Positions 1-14,620 are shown, counted from the first letter of the stretch. The stretch: 64,000 bases of DNA from Raja brachyura (GCA_963514005.1 OY740809.1:25854001-25918000); one strand, 5' to 3'. Program-made: numbers and translations. The notes: a model not told the origin generated them from the sequence alone.

Positions 1-473
1 TAAGACAAATAAAAAACTCAAGTACATAAAATTATTTTAAGCTGTACAAAGTCAAATAGGTTAGATTTTTCGCAAGCATTTATATTTTCTTAGTGTACTG
101 GACAATGCTTTCATTTCTTACATAGCTCTAATTTTCTCATAGATTCAAACATGATTTTGACTTTAATTAATCTTCACTGCGCCAAGGTCATGCTGTTAAT
201 TGATTAACAGTACTGAGCAATTTTAAAGAATGTTTTTTTAATTATTGTCATAAATTATGTCAAATATTTGGAAGAGAAGCAGAGTTAATGGTGCAGATCA
301 ACAACCCTTCATCAGATTGATTTTCACTGATGCCCAATATTTGTTTTGTGAACTCGATCAACTGGTTTGAGCTTTGCTTGGCATCAGAGTATTCTTTTTT
401 TAAATTGCATCTGCACTATTATTCAAAAGGAAAAACTTTCAATTTTTGTGATACTAAATTGTAATTGTTAAAA

Positions 474-730
474 GGGGCAGCATAGTGGTGCAGCGGTAGA
501 GTTGCTGCCTTGCAGCACCTGAGACCCAGGTTTGATTTGTACATTCTCCCCGTGACCATGTGGGTTTCCTCCCACACTCCAAAGACACACAGGTTTGTAG
601 GTTAATTGGCTCCAGTAAAAACAAAATTGTAAAAAATGGAGCTTAGGATAGTTCTAGTGCATGGGGATCACTGGTCGTTGCGAATTCAGTGGCCCGAAGG
701 GCCTGTTTCTGCGCTCTATCACTAAATTAA
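474..730 (+). mobile_element. HE1-like tRNA-derived V-SINE
   Basis: A-box head GTGGTGCAGCGGTAGAG, V-domain TTCTCCCCGTGACC..GTGGGTTTCCTCCCAC, CR1-like tail. Confidence 0.8.
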
Positions 731-959
731 ACCTACAATGAATTTTGAGAATAATTTATATTAATAGCTATATTAATTTCTATTTTATACAATTTTTCCA
801 ATACTACCGTGTGACTGCACAATTCTTAACTTGATTAAGAACCGGACAATTTGTGAAATGACACAAGGAGCAGCAAAGGGAGGAAATTGTTCATAAGTGT
901 CACTGCAAATATCAATTCTTGCACAATGATTCTCAACTCTGAGGGTATGTTGCAAGGTC

Positions 960-1091
960 TGCCACATCCCGCAACCTAGCTGAGGCCTCGTGTACGTGGA
1001 GGCCACTCTTGAGCATGAAGGAGAGTTACAAAGACCTCCTACGACCTTGTGTCGACCATGCTGCGAGTATGAGTCGAGTGGGACAGGCGTT
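960..1091. mobile_element. Harbinger-type MITE, right-end remnant
   Basis: Ends ...GTGGGACAGGCGTT|TAA; CpG-rich. Confidence 0.45.
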
Positions 1092-1567
1092 TAAATATTA
1101 TGTAGCTGCAGATAGAGATGAACCTCTTTCAACTTAAACATGTTTGCAGTACAATGGGAAAATATTGCAATTTAAAAAGTGTTACTTTGCAACTTGAAAA
1201 TATAAATTATCTAATGCCTTTCTTAATCATAAAACACAGTACAATAAGAAACAAGTACAAATTGACGAGATATCGCACAAGCATAGCCCTGATCATTTGC
1301 AAGAGATTGGGGCCAGAATCCAAATGAGCCATATCTTTCAGAAACAAATGTATCAGTCAGTGTAGACAGTGAATAAATGAAGGAGGAGAAATGGGAAAAA
1401 AAGGGAGAAATGGAGAAAAGAGGAAAACAAATACAAAATAAAAAGGAATAATCTGCGGATGGAAGGAATCAAGATTAAATCTAATGCCATGAATTTAATC
1501 TATTGAATCATATATAGATAACATTATATGATACATAATATAATGTATAATATTGCATAATATTGAT

Positions 1568-1880
1568 TTTAGTTTAGTTTATAGATACAGCGGGGAAACA
1601 GGCCTTTCGGCCCACTGAGTCCACACCGACCAGCGATCCCCGCACCTTAACACTATCTGACACAGAGTAAGGACAATAGGCATTTATACCAAGTCAATTA
1701 ACCTACAGACCTGTACGTCTTTCGAGTGTGGGAGAAAACCGAAGATCTCGGAGAAAACAACGTGGTCACAGGGAGAACATACAAATTCCATACATACAGC
1801 ACCCATAGTCGAGATCGAATGTGGGTCTCTGGCGCTGCAAGCATACTGTAAGGCCGCAACTCTACCACTGCGCCACCATA
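1568..1880 (-). mobile_element. HE1-like V-SINE
   Basis: Head, V-domain and (CTAAA)n tail. Confidence 0.85.
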
Positions 1881-3165
1881 CCTCCCTGATAAAAACATTC
1901 ACATTTTTGGAAATACATTTTATTCAATTGTGTGCATAAGTAACGTGTGATTGCTCACTCTGAACAATTAGAACTTAATCAGAGTAATGTAGCATTGAAA
2001 GAGCTTTTGGCACAATGAAACCATGCCAACCCATCATACACCCATCTGCATGAATGCCATACTTAACCCATTTTATTCTCCCTAAATTCCCATTAACCCC
2101 CATCCCAGTTTCTACACGCCACATATACACTGTGGTCATTTTCCAATTCAACTATTGACCCACGCACGGTTTGGAATGCGTGGAGAAAGCCAGAGTACCT
2201 AGTGAAACCACACTGGCACAGGAAGTATGTGCAAACTCCACACAAACAGCACTGGAAATTAGCACAAACGGCACCGGAAATCAGGATCAAACCCGGGTGC
2301 TTGGAGTCAAGAGGTAGCAACTCTACTAGTTTACCACAGTGCCACCTCGAGTGGACAAACTTCACTGGAATCAAGAAATTTCATCTAAGTGTTAATATTT
2401 AATGACAGCCTTCTTCCCATGATTCAAAATTCATGGTTCATCTCTCAATGGCCAGGTCTATCAAATACTTAATATTTTCCTGCTGAGCCACAGTTCAGAG
2501 TGGCTCTCTGCAAAGCCAAGCAAACTCCAAGCTCTCATAAAAATATTTTTCTATACAAAATGTGATTAATGCTCTATCTACAGCTAAATTAATTCCATGG
2601 GATTTGATGCTGCAATGTTTCAATTTATTGCATTTATTATTGATCCCATAAATTGAACTCCTAGGTAATAAAATAAACTCCCTTTAGGTCTACATGTATT
2701 TTTAAATAACTGTGTGAAATACTTTCAAACTCAGCATGTTACCTTTTCACATTGACCGAACCATGCAGAGAATTGTCGCCAGGCAAAGCAAACTCAGAAT
2801 GAGCAAGCTATTCATGAGATTTCGCTTGAAATGCATCTAAAAAACTGCATTTAACATATTCTGTTTCTTTAAATCAGCTATTGGATCGAGTTGAACAAAA
2901 TTATCAATTAAATCTGAGATAATTAGTTTAACTGCAAAATTCCACAGAGGTTTATTAAATGATAAAAAAAAAAACTGGGAAATCAATTAAGTAGATTGCC
3001 AAATTGATTCTTGGAATTACTTTAATCATAACAATGTATTTAATTGAAAACATTACATAGACCACGTACATTCTTGGACCAGTTGAACACTCTGTTCAGA
3101 TTAACGATCTTCATCCAGATTACGAAGGGATAAATTGAATCCAACATCCTATATTATGTTGTTGG

Positions 3166-3233
3166 TGGGTAGGGAATGGGACTGGGTCGGGAATGGGAGT
3201 GGGTCGGGAATGGGAATGGAAATAGGATAAGGG
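3166..3233 (+). repeat. (GGGAAT/GGGTC)-type G-rich simple repeat
   Basis: Nine or more GGG runs separated by 2-3 nt. Confidence 0.7.
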
Positions 3234-3303
3234 ATCCTAGCCCTCTTTTTTATCCGATGTCACTCGTCTGAAGGGCACAAATTAGATTAAGTGAAAATAA
3301 GAT

Positions 3304-3483
3304 ATAGACACAAAAAGCTGGAGTAACTCAGCGGGACAGGCAGCATCTCTAGAGCGAAGGAATGGATCGAGAATTCTTCAGAATTTTTTCTCTCCATTCC
3401 TTCTCTCCAGAGATGCTGCCTGTCCCGCTGAGTTTTTGTGTCTATCTTTGGTTTAAACCAGCATCTGCAGTTCCTTCCTACAC
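3304..3483. mobile_element. Fold-back Penelope-derived short module with 15 bp TSD
   Basis: AAGTGAAAATAAGAT at 3289-3303 and 3484-3498; inverted arms inside. Confidence 0.85.
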
Positions 3484-4147
3484 AAGTGAAAATAAGATTT
3501 AGTTACATTGCAGCAGCTCAGTCAAGTAACATTTTGTTACCTGGAGGCACCAGAAGGCAACCAGCACAACATTTTACTCATCAGATCAGATCCAGACAAA
3601 ACAATTAGTGTCCCTGTTAAAAGGGAGGGGGGGAGGGGGGTGAATTAAAATTTAAAAACAAAACTACACCTAAAGTTTTAAGTAAACAAACTGTAGCGAA
3701 GAATGACTCTTTTAAATCGTGGAGCGTGACAGTGAGATACAAAAATCAACCACTTTCATCCAGAGAAACCAAGCATGCAGTTAAAATATATGATTCAACT
3801 TGCATACCATTTACTTCACGTGGAAATTATTTTTTTTATTATTGTGACAAAAGAATATCCGCTCAAAAGCAGTTATCCCCCACTGTAAATACACAGATTC
3901 AACTTTAAAGTCAACGTCCCAGAGTAATATTAATCCAAGTTTTCTTCAAGTATACTGTGGTTCATTTCTCAAAGCAAACCAGTTGGGATGATTGGTCACA
4001 TTCAAAGACCAAGAAGTGTATTTCAATTTCTTACATTAAGAGGAGCAGTGTCCCCTCCAAAACACAACAAAATTATTGTTGATCATTCAGCTCGACCCCC
4101 ATTTGCCCAATCCTACCTTCCTCAATTAATTTAATATTCAAATACCT

Positions 4148-6620
4148 TTGAATTGAATTGAATTAATTTTATTAGCCAAGTATGTATACATACAAGGAAT
4201 TTGCCTTGGATCTTTGCTCACAAGGATAACCACACAATATACTGTAGACAATTAAAAATAAAACGTTATAATTTAAACATGTGAAGAATAAAATATAATA
4301 CCAGAGCAAAAGGAGGCTACAGACTTTTGGTTATTGAGTAGAGCTATTGCTCTGTTTTTATGTCTGACTGTGGCAGCTTTGACAGACCGGATCGCCTCTC
4401 AGAGGGAAGTACTTCAAAGAGTTTGTGGCCAGGGTGAGAGGGGTCAGGGATGTTCTTACCCGCACACTTCCTGGCCCTTGCAGTGAACAGTTCATCGATG
4501 GGGGGGGGGGGGGGGGGAAGGTTGCAGCCAACAACCTTCTCTGCTGATCGAACGATGCGCTGCAGCCTCCAGATGTCGTGCTTGGTGGCTGAGCCAAACC
4601 AGACCATGATGGAGAAGGTGAGGACAGACTCTATGCTGGCAGTATAAAACTGGACCATCATTGCCTGTAGCAGATTTGTTTTCTCAGCTGCTGCAGAAAG
4701 TACATCCTCTCTTTGGCCTTTTTGACAGTGGAGTCAATGGTGGTCTTCCATTTTATGTTCCTGGAGATGATGTTTCCAAGGAGCTTAAATGACTCCACAG
4801 ATGTGACTGTGTTGTTGATGGTGAGTGGGGTGAGGGGAGGGGGCGCTCTCCTAAAGTCTACAATCAATTCCACCGTCTGAGCTCCAGGTTGTTGCGATGG
4901 CACCAGGACACCAGCTGTGTCACTTCATGTCTGTAGTCAGATTCCTCCCCATCCTGGATCAGTCCAATCAGGGTTGGGTCATCTGGAAACTTGAGAAGCC
5001 TGACAGAGGAGTCTGTGGAGGTGCAGTCATTGGTGTAGAGAGAGTAAAGGAAAGGGGAGAGTACGCAGCCTTGCCATGCTCCTATGCTGGGAGTCAGCAG
5101 GTCCGAGATGTACTTTCCCAGCCTCACATGCTGCTTCCTGTCTGTCAGGAAGTTGCTGATCCACTGACAGCGGGGTTCAGGCACAGTCAACTGGGAGAGT
5201 TTGGAGTGTAGTAGCTCAGGCACAATGGTGTTGAACGCAGAGCTAGAATCCACAAACAAAATCCTTGCATAGGTCCCCTGGCGGTCTAGGTGCTGGAGGA
5301 TGACGTGCAGGCCAGGTTGACTGTGTCATCCACAGATCTATTGGTCTAGTATGCAAACTGCAGTGGGTTCAGCAGGGGGTTTGTGATATTTTTCAGGTAG
5401 GCCAGCACAAGTCTTTCAAGGGTCTTCATGATTACAAAGGTCAGTGCGACAGGCCTGTAGTCATGAAGACCGGTAATCCTTGGGTTTTTGGGTACAATAA
5501 CAATAGTGAAGACTTTGAAGCAGGCAGGGACAGTGAGAAGGGTCTGAAGCAGGCTCTTGACCTGAAACGTCACCCATTCCTTCTCCGGAGATGCTGCCTG
5601 TCCCGCTGAGTTACTCCAGCATGTTGCGTCTACCCCAGGCAGGGAGAGTGCAGGTATGCAGGGACTGATTGAAAATGTCTGTGTAGACTGGCGCCAGTTG
5701 CTCGGCACAGAGCCTGAGGGTAGAGGGAGAAACATTGTCCGGTCCTGGAGATTTCTGACTTCTCTGTCTCCTGAATAACTTTCTATTGTTAGTGGTGGAG
5801 AAGTGGCCAGACTGATGTTGGGCAGCAACGAGGGGGTGGGTAGCGGAGGAGGGCCCAGTCTTTGCAGACTGGAGTCAGGCTGTAAGTAGGCGTGAAGTGG
5901 TGATTGGGGAGGAGTGGGTGGGGGAGGGGGTACCAGGGTTATGTTTCTGTCTATCAAACCTGCAGTAGAACTCGTGCAGGTCCTTGGTCAGCTGACGATT
6001 GTCCAAGGAGTGGGGGGTTTTCCTTTTGTAGCTGGTGATTTCTTGCAAGCCCTTCCACACTGAAGATGAGTCATTAGTTGACAACTTGCTCCTCAACTTC
6101 TCAGAGTACCTTTCCTCGGCAGCTCTGATTCCTCTTCTCAGCTTGTACTTGGCCTGCCTGTAGAGGTCTGCATCCCCGGTTCTCTAGGCCTCATCTTTAG
6201 ACTGGCAGAGCTGTCTGAGTTCTGCTGTAAACCAGGGCTTGTCATTGTTGAACCTGATCTGGGTCCTAGTGGGAATGCAACTGTCCTGACAAAAGCTGAC
6301 ATATGATGTCACATTGTCTGCATATTCATCAAGGCTTGTGGTTGCTTCCCTGAACACATTCCAATCAGTGCAATCAAAGCAGGACAGTAGGTTTTCAATG
6401 CCCTTGCTTGCCCACTTTTTCATTGTTCTTACCACAGGCTCAGCACATTTTAGTTTCTGCCTGTAGGTCAGAATAAGATGAACTAAACAATGATCAGAGA
6501 GTTCCAGAGCTGCAAGGGGAACTGAGCAATATGCTACCAAAGCAAAATATGAGGTGCTGTTCTTCCAATTAATTGTAGTATAACAATGATCGCATGTTCT
6601 CTCCCCTCTGGTGGGGCAGG
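4148..6620 (-). mobile_element. Degenerate Rex1/Babar-type LINE with (TTCAA)n tail and nested insertions
   Basis: Frameshifted RT pieces: DYRPVALT, QFAY, FVDSSSAFNTI, QGCVLSPFLYSLYT, FPDD, FYTASIESVLT; microsatellite 3' end at 4148-4164. Confidence 0.85.
5536..5635 (+). mobile_element. Penelope-derived short module inserted into the Rex LINE
   Basis: TSD CAGGCAGGGA(C/G)AGTG at 5521-5535 and 5636-5650. Confidence 0.8.
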
Positions 6621-6949
6621 TAGCGTGAAGTCTGTATTTTGTAAACCTGTCCATCTGTTTGGAACACAACCAATGACTGAGCCTCAACAGCCTTTTAAAA
6701 GACAGATTTCCAAAGATTCAGCTCATCTCAATCCTACATCGCCTACTTCGTACTTTAACATCATGACCCTTCCTTCCAGACTCCTCCACCACGGGAAATA
6801 TCCTCCCTCTAAATTAGTTTTATTCACATTCTCTAAGTTTCTAGAGATTTGAGGCTCGGTATACTAAATCTGTTCAAATGTGACAACACCATCCACATCC
6901 TGAACTGGCCGAGCCAACCTTTGCTGCACTCATTCAAAGCAAGCACCCC

Positions 6950-7777
6950 ATTGTGCTTGGCCTCATCAGCAACAACGATGAATCGGCCTACAGGGAGGAG
7001 GTCCAGCACTTAGCAGCATGGTGCGCCGACAACAACCTGGCCCTTAACTCCAAGAAGACCAAGGAGCTCATTGTAGACTTCAGGAAGTCTAGGGGCGGCA
7101 CGTACACCCCCATCCACATTAACGGTACGGAGGTGGAACGTGTTTCTAGCTTCAGGTTCCTGGGAGTCAACCTCTCCGACGACCTCTCTTGGACCCACAA
7201 TACCTCAACTCTGATCAAGAAGGCTCACCAGCGTCTCTTCTTCCTGAGGAGACTGAAGAAGGTCCATCTGTCTCCTCAGATCCTGGTGAACTTCTACCGC
7301 TGCGCCATCGAGAGCATCCTTACCAACTGCATCACAGTTTGGTATGGCAACTGCTCTGTCTCCGACCGGAAGGCATTGCAGAGGGTGGTGAAAATTGCCC
7401 AACGCATCACCGGTTCCTCGCTCTCCTCCATTGAGTCTGTCCAAAGCAAGCGTTGTCTGCGGAGGGCGCTCAGCATCTCCAAGGACCTCTCTCACCCCAA
7501 CCATGGACTGTTTACCCTCCTACCATCCGGGAGGCGCTACAGGTCTCTCTGTTGCCGAACCAGCAGGTCCAGGAACAGCTTCTTTCCGGCGGCTGTCACG
7601 CTACTCAACAACGTACCTCGGTGACTGCCAATCACCCCCCCCGGACACTTATTGTTATTTATTCAAACCATTTGCTGTGTCGCTCATCCAGGGAGATGCT
7701 AATTGCATTTCATTGTCTCTGTACTGTACACTGACAATGACAATTAAAATTGAATCTGAATCTGAATCTGAATCTGA
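6950..7777 (+). mobile_element. 5'-truncated, young Rex1/Babar-type LINE with (TCTGAA)n tail
   Basis: Uninterrupted 223 aa RT C-terminus (WCADNNLALNSKKTKELIVDFR, FLGV, FYRCAIESILT, LPSGRRYR, SFFPAAV) and a hexamer tail. Confidence 0.9.
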
Positions 7778-8522
7778 TTGAAGTAAAGACACAAAAATTA
7801 TACATATATTGTCCACTCGCCTCCATTCAGTCAAGTGTCAGAAAAAATAACTGTGGTATAACATTGTTAATGCCCTTTTCTGAGATAGAGGATTCCAGTC
7901 AATGTTTTCCCCCCTCAAGGCTAAAATCGTTCATCATTTGGAACCAGTTAACCTCAACCGCGCTATCAGTTTATTTTCTAGTCCCACGACCCTCATCTGT
8001 TATTCTGCAATAAAACCCAAATGTAGTCTTTAATTTTACAAATCACATTCCCTGTGCAGTCAAAATCTATAGCGTAGTCTCCATTTCTCAGTTAACTGCT
8101 TCCAACTAATGCTCTTCCTCTGTCATTCACAATTGTATGCATGATTCTGAGAAACTGCAGAAAAATTAGACTTCATCTTTCAGTACAATACTCCCATCTA
8201 GTGGTCAAGGTAACATTTGTCTTTTTTCACCCCACATTGGATTCTTATTAAAATAAGTTCAGCAACAGCACATACCATACAAATATTACAAAAATCAGAA
8301 ATATAGAACAATGTTTAAAGGTGGTTTTCAATAAAAACAAGTTGTGCCCACTTTGTCAAATACTTGATATCTCAAAATATTGTGTTAGGATATCTAAATA
8401 AACAACTTGTTTTATCGTTATTTTTCAAGCTTCATCAGATATTTTCCTGTTGAAAGTAAAACATTAAAGGTGGAAGTAGTGTCATTAAGTGTCAAGTAGC
8501 TACCAATGAAATGCGGAAAGTA

Positions 8523-9160
8523 CCACCCCCTCCCTCCCCAGGTACTTTCCCCTGCAACCGCAGACGCAACACCTGTCCCTATACCTCCCACCTCAACTCC
8601 ATCCAAGGACCCAGACAGTCTTTTTAGGTGAGGTAGAGGTTCACTTGCAACTCCTCCAACTTCATCTACTGTACCCGCTGTTCCAGGTGTGGATGCCTGT
8701 ATATCGGCGAGACCAAGCGCAAGCTCGGCTATTGTTTCGCTGAACACCTCCACTCAGTCTGCCTAAACCTACCTGATCTCCTGGTTGCTTAACACTTCAA
8801 CACTCCGACCCATTCCCATACTGACGTTTCTGTCCTGGGCCTCCTCCATTGTCAGAGTGAGGCCCAGCACAAATTGGAAGAACAGCACCTCATATTTTGC
8901 TTGAGTAGCTTACACCCCAGCAGTATGAACATTGACTTTTAACTTCAGGTAGCCTTTGCTTTCCCTCTCTCTCCCCATCCCCTCCCACCTTCCGTTCTCC
9001 AACCAGTCTGTCTCCAACTACATTTTATCTCTGTACCACCCACTCAACCGACATCAGTCTGAAGAATGGTCCCAACCTGAAACATCACCCATTCCTTCTC
9101 TCCAGAGATGCTGCATGTCCCGCTGAATTACTCCAGCATTTTGTGTCTATCTTCAACCAG
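8523..9160 (+). mobile_element. Penelope-like element 3' fragment (GIY-YIG endonuclease plus terminal module)
   Basis: FTCNSSNFIYCTRCSRCGCLYIGETKRKLG..FAEH in the + frame, followed by the CTGAAGA...GAAAC terminal module. Confidence 0.85.
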
Positions 9161-9164
9161 TACA

Positions 9165-9632
9165 GTGTTGCTCAGGAATGACAGCCGATATTTACAGGCA
9201 GTTACCATTCGGAGAAGGGTATCAAGTGCTAACAGATGTCAAATGCTGTTGGGAGCACCAAACTTCGGGAAAGACACCCTTTGGTCTGCCCAAAACCTAT
9301 TGATATCCCCAGCACAGCAAGCTGTCAGTCAGGGAATGTTGCCGACTAGCCCATTCCAGACTGTAGGGGTGTATGCCAACAGAGGCACTGAAGGCAACAC
9401 TTGTGCAGCCAACACAAAGGCTCTGCGGGGGAGGACCAGTCGTGTGTCCTTCGTCTGCTGGACATTGAAGGGGCAAAGTACAGAGGAACACATTCCAGCA
9501 AGGGTAGCGATTACACCCGAGGGGACCATGAGTGACAAGCATGTTTTGTTTAAAGATAGGCATGAACACAATGGAGTATGACACTTTTGAAGTTTTTGTA
9601 TTGAATATTTTATTCTGAATAAAGTTTATTTT
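9165..9632 (+). mobile_element. Tx1-like LINE 3' remnant
   Basis: KDTLWSAQNLLI resembles the Tx1 ORF2 C-terminus; T-rich 3' UTR with AATAAA near 9618. Confidence 0.55.
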
Positions 9633-10696
9633 TGAAGTAAGAGAAAACAGCCTAGATGTTGCTCAGAAGTCTGGCAGTTCCAAAAGCCAGCCCTCATGTT
9701 GGGAAAATCCATTGGGAAGCGCCTGACCAGAGCCGATCTGAAACTCAGCAACAGACCCTCAAAGCTAAAAGCTTCTTCCCAAAAGCTGCACGTGTGCAAG
9801 TCCTCCACAGCTACCTGCTAACATTCATTCCTTGTGGATTCAAAGTGTGAAGGTCCAGAAACTGTGCAGCATGTAAATCAGCGATGCACCATAAACATAC
9901 ATTACAGAAGAGGCCGTGAATAAAAATCTACAAAAAGATCCTTTAAAGGATATCAATATTTTGGTAAGTACAGAGAGGGACAAAAGTAAATATTAGCTAC
10001 TTTTTTTTAATTATTTGAGTTTAAACATTGTTGTAGAACAATGTGAACAATATACACATTTCTTATTTTTACATCTTTTATAATACCAAAGACCTAGCCA
10101 TTCGGATTCAACTATTTTGATATCATTCACAGCAAATTAATCTGGAAACATGGATTTGAGTGTTGTCAAAGACTTTCTCCAACGCATTTTGTACCTGGTT
10201 CAGGCTTTTCACATCCATGTATCAAATTTACAGCACAGAATGCTTTAAGCACCAAGGATCAAGCTGTCTTCGCCCAGAAACTGCAGGATTTCCCCAAAGG
10301 ATGGAACATTAGCAAACATGAATGGTTCATTGCAGTGAAAATTTTAACCCATTAACTCTTCAACCGGTGGAAAAGAATCACTGATAGCCGAGTACACCAG
10401 CAATAAACTTCAATTTATTTTATTGAAAATTACAGAAAATTACAGATTTATTTACAGAATTTTTAACTTCCACCTCGTGCATAGTGATTTGCTTTGCACT
10501 TTATTTTTATTAGTAATAATAATGGTGATGAACCAGCATTCATAACACAGAACACAAATGTGATCTTTATTTAATCACTTGTTTCTACTGTCTGGTCCTT
10601 CAGAACGCTTTGGGATTGAGCAATAGTAGAAAAGCAAAATCTCTCTCCCTGACTGAGTCTATAATTGTCACTCACAGAGAAAAATCTTCCGCGTTT

Positions 10697-11160
10697 AGAC
10701 AATAGACAATAGATGCAGGAGCAGCCAGTCGGCCCTTCAAGCCAGCACCGCCATTCAATGCGATCATGGCTAATCATCCCCAATCAGTACCCCGTTCCTG
10801 CCTTCTCCCCATATCCCCTGACTCCGCTATCTTTAAGAGCCCTATCCAGCTCTCTTGAAAGCATCCAGAGAACTGGCCTCCACCGACCTCCGAGGCAGAG
10901 AATTCCACAGACTCACAACTCTCTGTGAGAAAAAGTGTTTCCTTGTCTCCGTTCTAAATGGCATCCCCTTATTTTAAACTGTGACCCTGGTTCTGGTCTC
11001 CCCCAACATCAGGAAGATGTTTCCTGCCTCTAGCATGTCCAAACCCTTAACAATCTTATATGTTTCAAAAGATCCCCTCTCATCCTTCTAAACTCCACAG
11101 TGGACAAGCCCAGCCGCTCCATTCTCTCAGCATATGACAGTTCCGCCATCCTGGGAATTT
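10697..11160 (-). mobile_element. CR1 (HER1-like) LINE 3' fragment
   Basis: (ACAATAG)n tail plus characteristic CR1 3' sequence (GATCATGGCT..., CAGAGAATTCCACAGACTCACAACTCTCTG). Confidence 0.75.
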
Positions 11161-14100
11161 GCTATTTCTAAATGAAAAACATTTAAGCGACTGACATTTG
11201 GTCTATCAATCACAACTGGAGGCAAATACATCTGGGTTGAGTCAGTCCCACAATAAAGACTGCATATAAAGCAAATTTACACATTTAACTAAGACTATTA
11301 CTATTAACTGTTTCAGGATAAAACAGATAGTCTCTGTTAAGTTAATCCTACTTATTTTGTAATTAAACCATCTTCACATATAAAAAAGTATGTCTCCAAA
11401 CGATTGCCTGATTTTCCACAATAGTGAGGTCCAAGCATCCATTGGGATTGTAATTGAGTTATTTTTTAATTAAATCCGAATTGAAATAGAACTCTAAATT
11501 GTAAGTCAGTCCCCTATAATAATATTATGAAATGTTTTAGCGTTATTTTATTTTTGGCTGGAGAACATGGATGGGTGATGTTTTATGTTGGGATCCTTCT
11601 TAATCAGACTGATTAGTCTGAAGAAGGGTCCCGACCCAAAACGTTACCTATCCATGTTCTCCAGCGATGCTGCCTGACCCGCTGAGTTACTCCAGCATTT
11701 TGTGACTTTCCTTGGTAAACCAGCATCTCCGGTTCCTTGTTCCTACTTTACTTTCTGCTTCTATATTCTAATCAACGTAGTGAACATGTTCCATATTTCC
11801 AGAAGAAAGCATCGTCATTTCCCCACATACTTGGAAACATTTATAGCACATTGAGAAATGCACGGAAACCCTACTTAATATTTGTACCATACTTTTATGT
11901 GAACTTTCTACTGGGAGGCATAAAAAGAGCACTACACTGGCAAAGTCAATGAAGAATATGATACTAGGTGCTGAAATGAGACACCTGTTCAACAATAGTT
12001 AAGTTTGAAAGTGGTTGATAACTACTGGGCTATGTATTAACAACAGTTTAACAGGAAAATTCGTTTTAATTTAGATCTCCCATCTTCTTGCCATCCAAAA
12101 TCCATCATTGAAATTCACTTGGTTCTAGTCATTTAATTTTAATAAACAATTTAATTCAAGGCATGTTAACGAAAAGCTAAGTGGTCGCTATTTGAAAAGA
12201 AAGGCTTTGCTCCTTCCACAGAGACCCACCCAGAAACCAATAATTTGGTACCAATGGGTGGAAAACTCTTGAGTAGCTGACTAAACCATCGCCTCATGGG
12301 GTGATTTCATGCTACTTGCACGATAAGAAACAATGACCATGATTTGCCAATAACCATTATACAATTTGAGCTGGACACTTTTTGACAACTGGCCTGCGCA
12401 GCTTCTTTTGGAGCAGGAAGAGAAATGTCAACGCTAGAAGATGCAATTGAACGCTCATCGTGGAGAAATATATTAATTTTCAACTTCTCAATCAGAAGTT
12501 AATAAACAAAGGCAAACATTGTATATAACCCATCCTAAGATGAAGAGATGCAGTTCTTTTGCCCCAGGTGTTATTTTGATGGTAAATTAAGAATTGGGTT
12601 TCAATGTGAAAAGTGATCAAAAATAATAAAAGTATGCATCAAGAATAAATTGTTTTGATAAATTAATATACAAACTATTAAGTGTAAATTATTAAATGTA
12701 ATATAAACTATTAAATGTAAGTTTGTTTTCTATACATTTGAAGATTCTTGGATTAAAAATAAATTATGATTCAAATATATGCCTTCCACCTGGGGCTGCT
12801 GCATTTCACTTTCTCTTTTGACTTCATATTGAAAATTTTGTCTTGGAACTATTTTTTCTAATAACGTCTATATCATATAATAGTACAACACATAGTTTTA
12901 TATTTATTGGAAACCCAAGTAAACAATTTAATTGATATATCTCCTACATAGTGCCCTGCTGCACTTTCATCAAAGAAGGTTCCCGGCTCGACACATCACT
13001 TATCCATGTTCTCCAGGGATGCTGCCTGCCCCGCTGAGTTACTCCAACAATTTGTCTTTTAAAAAATATATATAAACCAGTATCTGCAGTTCCTTGCATT
13101 TCATTGCATTTGGTTTGAATCGTCACAAAACTTCAAAGCCATTTTAAGAGGGCAGAATTCACATCTCTACAGAATGTTAACCTTCAATCTTATCCAATAA
13201 CCAATTAGCTCAAGTTTCTGATCAACATTAGTGCACTTAGTACCTGTACAATGCAGCTAACTAGGAGATTCCTAGATGAAATCAATATTGATGGTGCAAA
13301 CAATGGTATTCTTTGAAAATGTAATCTCAAAATATTATTTCAAATAATGCATGCAATGGAAATGTTATCAATCTGCAAGCTGTAACCAAGCAGACTAAAC
13401 AACGTAGTGTATTAATTTTTGCCACCAAATCACATCCATATCTCATCTACGGATTTAGAATACTCACTATCGCACAGCAAAATAATATTTAAGCAAGGCT
13501 ACAATTATCTAAAAGGATGGAGAACTAATTTAGTTACTAAACAGAATAATTTGTAAAGTGGAAAAGATAAACATAGATTTATTTTTTGACAATATAATGA
13601 AACATAATTTGCTTTACCTCCTCTAAAGAACCTTTAATATGCTTCTTAAAAAAAAAAAATTATCAACATTTTCAAATATCTTTCATTGGTGTCAAGTTAT
13701 GGCCTACCATTTGCTACAAGAAATAAATAAATATACATACTTCCCACTTCACAAAATATCAGCGTCAACACTGTATTAACAACAAAAGGTCCGCTGGAAA
13801 GAGAGATTCTGAGCAAATTAAGAAATCAGCATTATCTTCCAAAATGTATAGGAAGTTAAATTGTAAACATTCCAGACCAGCAACACAAGGAGAAACAAAA
13901 TCACATCACAGTCAAAATTGAAACCGTGTTAATGTATTTAGTTTCTTTTGAACAATGGTGCAAAGTGAAAAAAAATGTTTGTCATTCTAGTACTGGGAAA
14001 GATAAATGTTTGGAACCCAAAATATGCATCCATTTTTGAAAAACTCTGTGCATCTGCAGAACATATTTGCAAGTTTCCTGCTTTATCACTTCACAGAGAT

Positions 14101-14620
14101 TTTCCCACAGTACATCATTAAGTGCCATACAGAATGACATTAATGTCAAAGTGGTACATGTACAAAAATCACACAAACAAATGTTCGTAATCAGAATTAT
14201 GTTCGTGATGCGACTTCGCAACCATTCTGACCAGCCTTGAACGTAACAACCTTGGGAAGGAGGTGAGAGGAAAGAAGTAATGGTGCCAACATTGTTAACA
14301 TTAACTTTGTGGGCATTGGGAAAAAAATCAAAGAATCAAATTATATTTTTTGATAATCCAAATACAAATATGCAATTTTAAATACAGATAATTCAAAAAA
14401 CAAACTCTCAGACAAGTCCTCAAATAAGTGAAAGTGCACAAGCAATGGAACTTCAGTCTAAAGGAGACCCTTTAGGTTAATTCCATGACTTATAAATTGC
14501 TTTCCATTTCTGCACTTTAAAAGGTTAATTTTCCCAATAAAGTAAATTTGCACTGCAACGATCTATATAATTGACAGAATATCTACAGCGTCTTACTGTC
14601 CAGTAAAATACTTAGAAATG

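Noticed and set aside
1-14000. COL8A2 or another downstream neighbour expected from human synteny
   Set aside because: No Gly-X-Y or C1q coding sequence seen; non-coding first exons cannot be supported from sequence alone
13400-14620. TRAPPC3 poly(A) site
   Set aside because: A minus-strand AATAAA exists at 13578-13583, but the AT-rich context makes assignment unreliable without transcript data
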